Shown here one piece after another: positions 8,618 to 15,061 of a stretch of 32,000 nucleotides of DNA; position 1 is the stretch's first letter; the number at the start of each line of letters is the position of its first letter. The DNA comes from Candidatus Nanobsidianus stetteri (GTDB taxonomy: Archaea; Nanobdellota; Nanobdellia; Nanobdellales; Nanobdellaceae), in contig APJZ01000002.1 in assembly GCA_000387965.1 (NCBI GenBank), forward strand, positions 60,001 through 92,000. Direction: 5' to 3'. The position numbers were made by a program, and so were the translations under genes. The notes under the pieces are model-generated. The model made no database searches, was not told the DNA's origin, and was given only the letters and a program-made list of their open reading frames with translations.

Positions 8618-9376
8618 CTAATAAATAAAATTACCCGATGAAGATAAATGTTTTAATATATTGCTTTTCATTAAATTCTTTATTTCTAAAGCTTTTTCTA
8701 ATGCTAAATTTAATGCATCGTTTAATTCTCTATTTGAAATTTCTCCATCCAATTGTATTAAAGTAAATTTTTTTTCGGAAGGAATTATTGCAACTGGTAT
8801 ATCTGTAGCCCTTCCTTCTCCATAATATTCTATATATTTTGATTTTTCAGGATCTTTTCTTAATTTTTCAGAATCATAATCTTCTTCTTCTTTGTTTAAA
8901 TCTACAACAATTTTTTCCCCAACTTTTCCAACTGCTAAACCTATTACTAGATCTTTCATTGGGATACCTGCTAAAGATAATGCCAGAGATGCAGCATTTA
9001 TACTTGCAGTCCTTGTTCCAGCATCCGCATTTAATATTTCAACATATACATCTATAATACTTCCGGGGATTTCTTCTAATAATAATGCCGGCTCTAATGC
9101 TCTCTTAATTACTTCAGATAATTCAATTTCTCTTCTACCTGGTGTAGGTTTTTTCCTTTCAGGTGTAGAAAATGTTAGCATATTATATCTAACCCTTAAG
9201 AATGCTTTATCATAATCCAAAGACATTTTTGAAGGTTTTGGTCCATATACAGCAGCTAATGCAACAGTATCACCAAAAGAAAATATTGCAGATCCTTTTG
9301 CATTATCTATTACATTTAACTTTATATTTATTTTTCTTAATTCATTATATTCTCTACCATCAAATCTTTTTACCAT
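8618..9376 (-). CDS. rrp41: exosome complex exonuclease Rrp41 (RNase PH domain)
   Basis: FDGREYNELRKINI, KGSAIFSFGDTVALAAVYGPKP, PGRREIELSEVIKRALEPALLLEEIPGSIIDVYVEILNADAGTRTASINAASLALSLAGIPMKDLV. The GTRT phosphate-binding motif is present. Confidence 0.9.
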   Translation of the reverse strand: MVKRFDGREYNELRKINIKLNVIDNAKGSAIFSFGDTVALAAVYGPKPSKMSLDYDKAFLRVRYNMLTFSTPERKKPTPGRREIELSEVIKRALEPALLLEEIPGSIIDVYVEILNADAGTRTASINAASLALSLAGIPMKDLVIGLAVGKVGEKIVVDLNKEEEDYDSEKLRKDPEKSKYIEYYGEGRATDIPVAIIPSEKKFTLIQLDGEISNRELNDALNLALEKALEIKNLMKSNILKHLSSSGNFIY

Positions 9377-9378
9377 TT

Positions 9379-9978
9379 TTATTTATTTTCCAAAATTTCT
9401 TTAACCTTTTCAGTTAAACCCCTCTTATATGAATTATTTATAACAAATCTAATAATATCTACTGCTTTCAATATATCATTTACATCGCCATTTAAATATA
9501 TTCTACCATTTTTTCCAATTATTATATCAACTTTTAAATATTGTTTAATTAAATTTAACATTGAAGAATTTTTTCCAATTACTCTTGGAATTCTTGCAGG
9601 ATCTACCTTTAATATTAATCCATCATTTAATTTTTCTCTTTTCTTAATATCTAGATCTATTAATTTATTCTTTGTCATTTTTACAATTTGACATAGTATA
9701 TAATCACCATAAGTATATATATCATTTGGATCTGTTCCAACATCTTTTAAAGATAACTTTCCCATATATGGGGAATTTATATCAATTAACCATCCATTAG
9801 ATAGTACATCAATTACTTTTCCAATTACAATATCATTTACTTCTGGCATATAATATCCAAAAAGCTTTGTAGTTTTATCTTCATTTACTAATAATATATA
9901 TTTTGAATAATAATTGTTCTCTCTTTCATATGAATTATTATCTTTTTTCTTTAAATTATCTCCAGGTATTAATATCAT
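9379..9978 (-). CDS. rrp4: exosome RNA-binding subunit Rrp4 (S1 + KH)
   Basis: The S1-like segment is VNDIVIGKVIDVLSNGWLIDINSPYMGKLSL. The KH segment is VDPARIPRVIGKNSSMLNLIKQYLKVDIIIGKNGRIYLNG. The gene lies directly upstream of rrp41, with its stop at 9379 and the rrp41 start at 9376. Confidence 0.85.
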   Translation of the reverse strand: MILIPGDNLKKKDNNSYERENNYYSKYILLVNEDKTTKLFGYYMPEVNDIVIGKVIDVLSNGWLIDINSPYMGKLSLKDVGTDPNDIYTYGDYILCQIVKMTKNKLIDLDIKKREKLNDGLILKVDPARIPRVIGKNSSMLNLIKQYLKVDIIIGKNGRIYLNGDVNDILKAVDIIRFVINNSYKRGLTEKVKEILENK

Positions 9979-9979
9979 C

Positions 9980-11086
9980 TTATAGATAATATATTATATC
10001 ATTTTTAAACATGCTCTCAAGCATATACTTTTCCTCATTTTTATGTTTTATTTTTTCTGCTTCATTTTCTAATATAGAAAATATATCTTTTATTGTTGAA
10101 TATAGATCATATCCATGATCATCAATGGAGAATTTACCATTATTATATATTAATTTTGCTCTAATTTGATAATATATTTTTTTATTTTCTCTATCTTCAT
10201 TTACTTTTTTGATATGTATTAATAATCTTATATTTTCTCCCAAAACATTTCTATATTTTTTATAAAATTTCTCATATAATTTTTTTATATAACCTATATC
10301 TATTTCATCTAAAGATATTCCATGAACAACCAAATTATATTCTTTTTCCTTTTTATGTTGCAAATAATTTATTAATATATCCTTTGCTGTTATTATACCA
10401 ACTAAATTACCATTATCCAATATTGGTAATGAAAATACCTTATTTTCTATCATCAAATTAATTATTTTCTCTATATTATCGTCTTTATTTGCAAATATTA
10501 ATTTACTACTCATTATAGATTTTATTTTTATATCAAAATCTTTTTCATTTGGTGTTCTTATATTATTACTATTATCAATTAACATATATTTTAGAATATC
10601 CGTTAAAGATATTATTCCAGATACTTTATTATTTTTATCTAATACTATTAATCTTGATATACCCTTATCCTTCATTATACCAATTGCTTTTTTAATATTT
10701 TCATCTTCATATATGGTATAGGCTTCATTTATTATTTCATTTAGATTCATTTTTTCTAAAATATCTTTATCATTCAATATATCTTTTAACACATCATATA
10801 TGTTGACTATCTTTATTTGTCCGTCTTCTCTTACGAAAGTTACTCTAGAATTAGAACTAATTAATTTCTCTACTATATCAATTATATTATTTGTTTTTAA
10901 TGGCTTTATCTTATTTACTATTTTTTCAATTTTTGTATCTGGTCTATATAAATATCTAATTGCTTTAGAATTTTCTAAAACTCCAAAAGGTTTTCCATTA
11001 TTATCTGTTACAATTATATCTTCCCCCTTTTTTATATATTCAACAATATCTCCAATTTTTTTATCCTTAGATATAAATACTGCCAT
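9980..11086 (-). CDS. four-CBS (two Bateman modules) protein with a C-terminal HPF/RaiA (S30AE)-like domain
   Basis: Four CBS-like units occupy aa 1-245, for example ISRLIVLDKNNKVSGIISLTDILKYM and VFSLPILDNGNLVGIITAKDILINYL. Residues about 250-353 (nt 10028-10339) read NLVVHGISLDEIDIGYIKKLYEKFYKKY ... IRLLIHIKKV ... YQIRAKLIYNNGKFSIDDHGYDLYSTIKDIFSILENEAEKIKHK. This follows my recollection of the HPF/RaiA pattern. Confidence 0.7.
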   Translation of the reverse strand: MAVFISKDKKIGDIVEYIKKGEDIIVTDNNGKPFGVLENSKAIRYLYRPDTKIEKIVNKIKPLKTNNIIDIVEKLISSNSRVTFVREDGQIKIVNIYDVLKDILNDKDILEKMNLNEIINEAYTIYEDENIKKAIGIMKDKGISRLIVLDKNNKVSGIISLTDILKYMLIDNSNNIRTPNEKDFDIKIKSIMSSKLIFANKDDNIEKIINLMIENKVFSLPILDNGNLVGIITAKDILINYLQHKKEKEYNLVVHGISLDEIDIGYIKKLYEKFYKKYRNVLGENIRLLIHIKKVNEDRENKKIYYQIRAKLIYNNGKFSIDDHGYDLYSTIKDIFSILENEAEKIKHKNEEKYMLESMFKNDIIYYL

Positions 11087-11123
11087 TAATCTATATAATA
11101 AAAAATTTTTAAATGATTATTTT

Positions 11124-11765
11124 CTATCTTTTTGTATGTTCTGGTAATTCATATAGAGCTTCCATAGGTCCATAGATATAGTATTTTACTTTACGTTTCT
11201 TCTTTGGACGTTCTTCTTGGTGGTATACCCAATATATGGCTGCAATTACAAATCCTATTATTATAAGGAATGGGAGTAAACCAGTATATATCAATGTAAG
11301 GAATATTTCTATTATTATATTTTGAGCAGTTGATCCAAATCCATTAAAATCTGTTGAGGATGCATATAGAAATGCAAATAGAACTGTAAGAGTTATAAAT
11401 CCAACAATAACATTATGTGAATATTGCTTATATCTTTCAAATTCTTCATCCCCTTTATATGGTTCTGATATACCAGCCATTAATGCAATAATCATTAGAA
11501 TAAAAAATATAACAAGTACTTCAAAGAAGAAGAAAGATATAAAGTTTGATGTAAATATAACATCAGATATATTATATAGATAATAAAAAGATATTACCAT
11601 AGAAATTATTGCATACAGTTTTTCTTTATTTGGATTATCCTTTCCAAATAAACCAGTTTTTCTAAGAGATCCATATAATAATGAAAATACTAATAAGAAT
11701 GGTGCTACAAATGTAAATATTCCATATTCTGAAAATAAATTATAAATAAAAGATGATAGATCCAT
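11124..11765 (-). CDS. 5-TM membrane protein, paralog 3 of a tandem trio
   Basis: The N-terminus MDLSSFIYNLFSEYGIFTFVAPFLLVFSLLYGSLRK carries the family motif G-[FI]-x-x-[FV]-[VI]-x-P-F-L-L. The C-terminal tail is basic (ERPKKKRKVKYY). The start lies 1 nt after the paralog 2 stop. Confidence 0.65.
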   Translation of the reverse strand: MDLSSFIYNLFSEYGIFTFVAPFLLVFSLLYGSLRKTGLFGKDNPNKEKLYAIISMVISFYYLYNISDVIFTSNFISFFFFEVLVIFFILMIIALMAGISEPYKGDEEFERYKQYSHNVIVGFITLTVLFAFLYASSTDFNGFGSTAQNIIIEIFLTLIYTGLLPFLIIIGFVIAAIYWVYHQEERPKKKRKVKYYIYGPMEALYELPEHTKR

Positions 11766-11766
11766 T

Positions 11767-12372
11767 TTATCTAGATACTAATAATACTGGGCTATTCCTT
11801 TTTTCTTCCTCCCTTTCTTCTTCCTTTTCTCCACCACCAACTAGCCACATTAATACTAGGAATATAAGTCCAAATACAATTAATAGTTCTAAAATACCAG
11901 ATTGAATAAGATAGTTTATTGTATATGATAATAAAGATGCTATTGGTGATGAAGATGGTCCTGCTATGCTTAAGGAATTTATAGCTAACCATAATATTAT
12001 TCCTATAACAAGGAATGCAAATAAAGCTCTTAACCATGAAGGTATCTTTTTATTTGTAATTGCTAATACAATAACTATTAAAGTAAATCCAATTATAGCT
12101 ATAGTAGCACTGGGAATAAAGGATAATAACCATTTTACCAAATTTTGATTATATATTGATAAAAGAGCAAATCCGAAAGAAAATAAAGCACTTAATTTTC
12201 TACCTACAGGATCATCTGGACTTACTTTTAATAGATTAGATAATTCTAATATCATGAATACCAAAGAAAATATTAATAAAAATGGTAGAACAAAATCTAT
12301 AAATCCATATTGGGATAATAATTGATTAAAATTCACTGGATTAAAATTTATTTGGGGTAATGGATTTATCAT
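11767..12372 (-). CDS. 5-TM membrane protein, paralog 2 of a tandem trio
   Basis: The motif is QYGFIDFVLPFLLIFSLVF. The track start 12423 would overlap paralog 1 by 55 nt. The internal ATG at 12372 (MINPLPQINF) forms an ATGA overlap with the paralog 1 stop, so I call 12372. The tail is acidic (GGGEKEEEREEEKR). Confidence 0.6.
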   Translation of the reverse strand: MINPLPQINFNPVNFNQLLSQYGFIDFVLPFLLIFSLVFMILELSNLLKVSPDDPVGRKLSALFSFGFALLSIYNQNLVKWLLSFIPSATIAIIGFTLIVIVLAITNKKIPSWLRALFAFLVIGIILWLAINSLSIAGPSSSPIASLLSYTINYLIQSGILELLIVFGLIFLVLMWLVGGGEKEEEREEEKRNSPVLLVSR

Positions 12373-12950
12373 TTTGATTGCGAAGGTCCCGATCCTTGGC
12401 CTTTTGAAGGTTTTATAGCCCAATATGCTATTCCAAACATTATTGCTAAAATTACTATTGTTTCTATGAATGGTTGTAATGAAGAAAGTGTTGAAGATGA
12501 TGCTGATGCTGCCGAAGCAATATAATTATATAAGCCGAGTATAAATATTACTATCAATGTAAATATAATTATTGAAGATGCTAATAATATCATTCTTGTT
12601 CTATTACCTATCTGTATTTCTCCACTCTTTTCTTCTCTCTGTAAAAATGGAGAAATTGCCAATATAAGGAAAAATACTGTTAATAAAAATAATACTATAT
12701 AAGGAATTAATGTTCTTAATGATAATACAACATTTGCAGATCCAACTATGAAAAATCCTGTAGCTGCAGATACAATTGATATTAAACTTCTAGTAACCCT
12801 TCCCCTATCTCCCTCAGCAAAAGGATCTCCCAATATTTTATACTTACTTAATATACCATACATTACAGCATAAACTAATAGAAATGGTAATATAACATTG
12901 AAGAATCCAAGGTTATTCAATAAAGTTATAAATGTATCATAAAACGCCAT
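12369..12950 (-). CDS. 5-TM membrane protein, paralog 1 of a tandem trio
   Basis: The N-terminus is MAFYDTFITLLNNLGFFNVILPFLLVYAVMYGILSKYK. Four further hydrophobic helices follow. An exposed loop is Ser/Ala-rich (SAASASSSTLSS). The tail is KPSKGQGSGPSQSK. Confidence 0.65.
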   Translation of the reverse strand: MAFYDTFITLLNNLGFFNVILPFLLVYAVMYGILSKYKILGDPFAEGDRGRVTRSLISIVSAATGFFIVGSANVVLSLRTLIPYIVLFLLTVFFLILAISPFLQREEKSGEIQIGNRTRMILLASSIIIFTLIVIFILGLYNYIASAASASSSTLSSLQPFIETIVILAIMFGIAYWAIKPSKGQGSGPSQSK

Positions 12951-12976
12951 ATTTAAAAATAATATTTCATAATTTA

Positions 12977-13192
12977 TTAATCTTTATCTAATATTTCTTG
13001 ATAATATATAGCATTTGTAGGACATGCCTTTGCAGCAGTCTTTATATCTTCTATATCTTCTTCAGAAGAAATTATATTATTTTTTATTATTATTCTATTA
13101 TTTTCAATTGAAAAAACATTTTTATTTATTAAATAGCATGCCAAACAATTTATACATTTACTATAATCAATATCTACTATATATTTCATCAA
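12977..13192 (-). CDS. small single-cluster 4Fe-4S ferredoxin (copy 2)
   Basis: CINCLAC (CxxCxxC) plus a distal ACP (AAKACPTNAI) in 71 aa. The start forms an ATGA overlap with the upstream ferredoxin. Confidence 0.75.
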   Translation of the reverse strand: MMKYIVDIDYSKCINCLACYLINKNVFSIENNRIIIKNNIISSEEDIEDIKTAAKACPTNAIYYQEILDKD

Positions 13193-13398
13193 TTATTTAA
13201 TTCTTCTACTTTAACTGAATGTGTTGGGCATGCAACTTCAGCATCTTTAGCTTTTTCTATTAAATTTGGATCTTCAATAATTTCAATTTTTGCTTTTGAT
13301 TTTCCATCAGAATCGAATTCATATATTTCTGGCGCAACTGCAATACATGTTCCGCAACCAATGCAGGTATCTTTATTAATCCATGTTTTTATTTTCAT
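13189..13398 (-). CDS. small single-cluster 4Fe-4S ferredoxin (copy 1)
   Basis: CIGCGTCIAVAP ... EVACPTHSV is a layout like the small archaeal single-cluster ferredoxins. 69 aa. Confidence 0.8.
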   Translation of the reverse strand: MKIKTWINKDTCIGCGTCIAVAPEIYEFDSDGKSKAKIEIIEDPNLIEKAKDAEVACPTHSVKVEELNN

Positions 13399-13420
13399 CT
13401 AAGATATATCGCCGTTATAT

Positions 13421-13437
13421 TTTATAAATATTTAAAA
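13421..13437. promoter_or_regulatory. shared near-palindromic TATA region for divergent genes (ferredoxin operon and Cas4-like gene)
   Basis: The whole divergent spacer is 52 nt. TTTATAAATATTTAAAA places TTTATAAA about 26 nt before GTG 13451. On the other strand it places TTTAAATA about 34 nt before ATG 13398. Confidence 0.35.
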
Positions 13438-13450
13438 CATTAAATAGAGC

Positions 13451-14278
13451 GTGGAATTAAATGAGATTTTTGTTAGAGTAACAGATATAACAGATTATAT
13501 TTTTTGTCCTAGAAAAGTTTATCTAAAAAGGGTTTTAGGATATTCTGAAGAAGATACTGAACAAAAAATATTTGGATCAATTGTTCATTCTTTATTTGAT
13601 AAAATAAATGAAAAAGAGCAAGAAATAATATTTAATATAAAAGAGTTTGTTGAATATGAAAAAATATTAAATTTATATAATAATTTTTTAACAGAATTGT
13701 TAGAAGAATCTATAAAAGAATTTGAAGAACAAATAAAAAATTTAAATTTAGATAAAAACGATATAAAAATAAGGGCATATAGTTATGTAATAAAGGATAT
13801 AGAGGAGAGAGCAAAAAATGTATATAATTTTATGAAGGATAATGATTTATACGGAATAGAATTATGGGAATTCTTAGAACCAAAAATAAAGACAGAACTT
13901 GATGTTACATCTTTAAAATATAATATAGTTGGGAGAATTGATAGATTAGAAATATATAAAAAATATATAATACCTTATGAAATAAAATCTGGATTTTTTA
14001 GAAGAGAACATATTACACAACTATATTCATATTATTTATTATTAAAGGATGAATTTCCAAATTATAATATAGAGAAAGGTATATTATTATATGCAAAAGA
14101 TAATCGCAAAATGGAAATAGAGTTTAGAAATAATAATGAAATAAAGAAAATACTTGATATAAAGGATAAAATAATTGATATGATTGATAAAAAAGAAGAT
14201 CCTGGAAAGAAATTTTCTGAAAAATGTAAAAAATGTGCATTTTATAATATTTGCTGGAAAAATGGAAATAAAAATTGA
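13451..14278 (+). CDS. Cas4-like / RecB-family PD-(D/E)xK nuclease with a 4-Cys cluster (stand-alone)
   Basis: Motifs seen: N-terminal Cys (YIFCPRKVY), GRIDRLE ... PYEIKSG (D ... E-x-K), QLYSYYLLL (QxxxY) and C-terminal CKKCAFYNIC. The start is GTG. No CRISPR repeats or other cas genes are nearby. Confidence 0.75.
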   Translation: MELNEIFVRVTDITDYIFCPRKVYLKRVLGYSEEDTEQKIFGSIVHSLFDKINEKEQEIIFNIKEFVEYEKILNLYNNFLTELLEESIKEFEEQIKNLNLDKNDIKIRAYSYVIKDIEERAKNVYNFMKDNDLYGIELWEFLEPKIKTELDVTSLKYNIVGRIDRLEIYKKYIIPYEIKSGFFRREHITQLYSYYLLLKDEFPNYNIEKGILLYAKDNRKMEIEFRNNNEIKKILDIKDKIIDMIDKKEDPGKKFSEKCKKCAFYNICWKNGNKN

Positions 14279-15026
14279 TACTAGAAAAAGTATATATGAA
14301 AATATAAATGAAATATATGAAAAAATAAAGGAATTAAAGAATAAAAAGCAAAAGATAGAGAGTTTGATAAAAGAATTGGAAGAAAAATTAAATAATATTG
14401 AAGAAAAAATAATTATTGAAAAAAAGAAAGAAGAGATTAAGAGAAATAAAAAATGGTATGAGAAATTTAGATGGATGTTTACAACAAATAATTTTTTATT
14501 AATTGCTGGGAAAGATTCTATTACAAATGAAATTATTATAAATAAATATTTAGAAAAAAATGATCTAGTATTCCATGCAGATATTGTAGGATCTCCTTTT
14601 GGTATACTAAAAAATGGAAGAAATGCAAGTGAAATAGATATATATGAAGCTGCAAAATTTGTTGGATCATATTCTAGAGCATGGAAAAATAAATTATCCT
14701 CTATAGATGTATATTATGTATACCCAGATCAGGTATCAAAAAAGGCACCTTCTGGAATGTATTTAAAAAAAGGATCTTTTATGATATATGGAGAGAAAAA
14801 TTATATAAAAGTGAATTTAGAAATTGCATTGGCTTTTGAAGATTATAATATTATTCCAGGGGTACCTGAAAGTATAAAGGATAAATATAAAAGATATGTT
14901 ATATTAATCCCAGGAAATAAAAAACCAATAGATATTGCAAAACAGTTGGAAAATATTTTTAAAGTTGATTATAATATTATATTAGGATACCTTCCTGGTG
15001 ATAGTGATATACTATACCTCAGGTAA
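14262..15026 (+). CDS. NFACT-R (DUF814) domain protein with an N-terminal coiled coil; lacks an NFACT-N domain
   Basis: KWYEKFRWMFTTNNFLLIAGKDSITNEIIINKYLEKNDLVFHADIVGSPFGILK and AAKFVGSYSRAWKNKLSSIDVYYVYPDQVSKKAPSGMYLKKGSFMIYG match the C-terminal domain of NEMF/RqcH/FbpA-like proteins. The track start 14184 overlaps the Cas4-like gene by 95 nt. ATG 14262 (MEIKIDTRK) leaves a 17-nt overlap. Confidence 0.7.
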   Translation: MEIKIDTRKSIYENINEIYEKIKELKNKKQKIESLIKELEEKLNNIEEKIIIEKKKEEIKRNKKWYEKFRWMFTTNNFLLIAGKDSITNEIIINKYLEKNDLVFHADIVGSPFGILKNGRNASEIDIYEAAKFVGSYSRAWKNKLSSIDVYYVYPDQVSKKAPSGMYLKKGSFMIYGEKNYIKVNLEIALAFEDYNIIPGVPESIKDKYKRYVILIPGNKKPIDIAKQLENIFKVDYNIILGYLPGDSDILYLR

Positions 15027-15061
15027 TAACATTTATAAATTTTTCCATAATAAGTTAAATT

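Noticed and set aside
12373-12423. Upstream start of TM paralog 2 (also the 14184 start of the NFACT-R gene and the TTG 6864 start of membrane protein A)
   Set aside because: Each long version overlaps the preceding gene or promoter substantially. The internal ATGs (12372, 14262, 6843) give ATGA or short overlaps, or correct TATA spacing, and N-termini that align with paralogs or homologs.
13451-14278. Possible CRISPR-Cas locus, because of the Cas4-like gene
   Set aside because: No direct repeat array and no other cas genes are visible anywhere in the 32 kb. Stand-alone Cas4-like nucleases are common in archaea.
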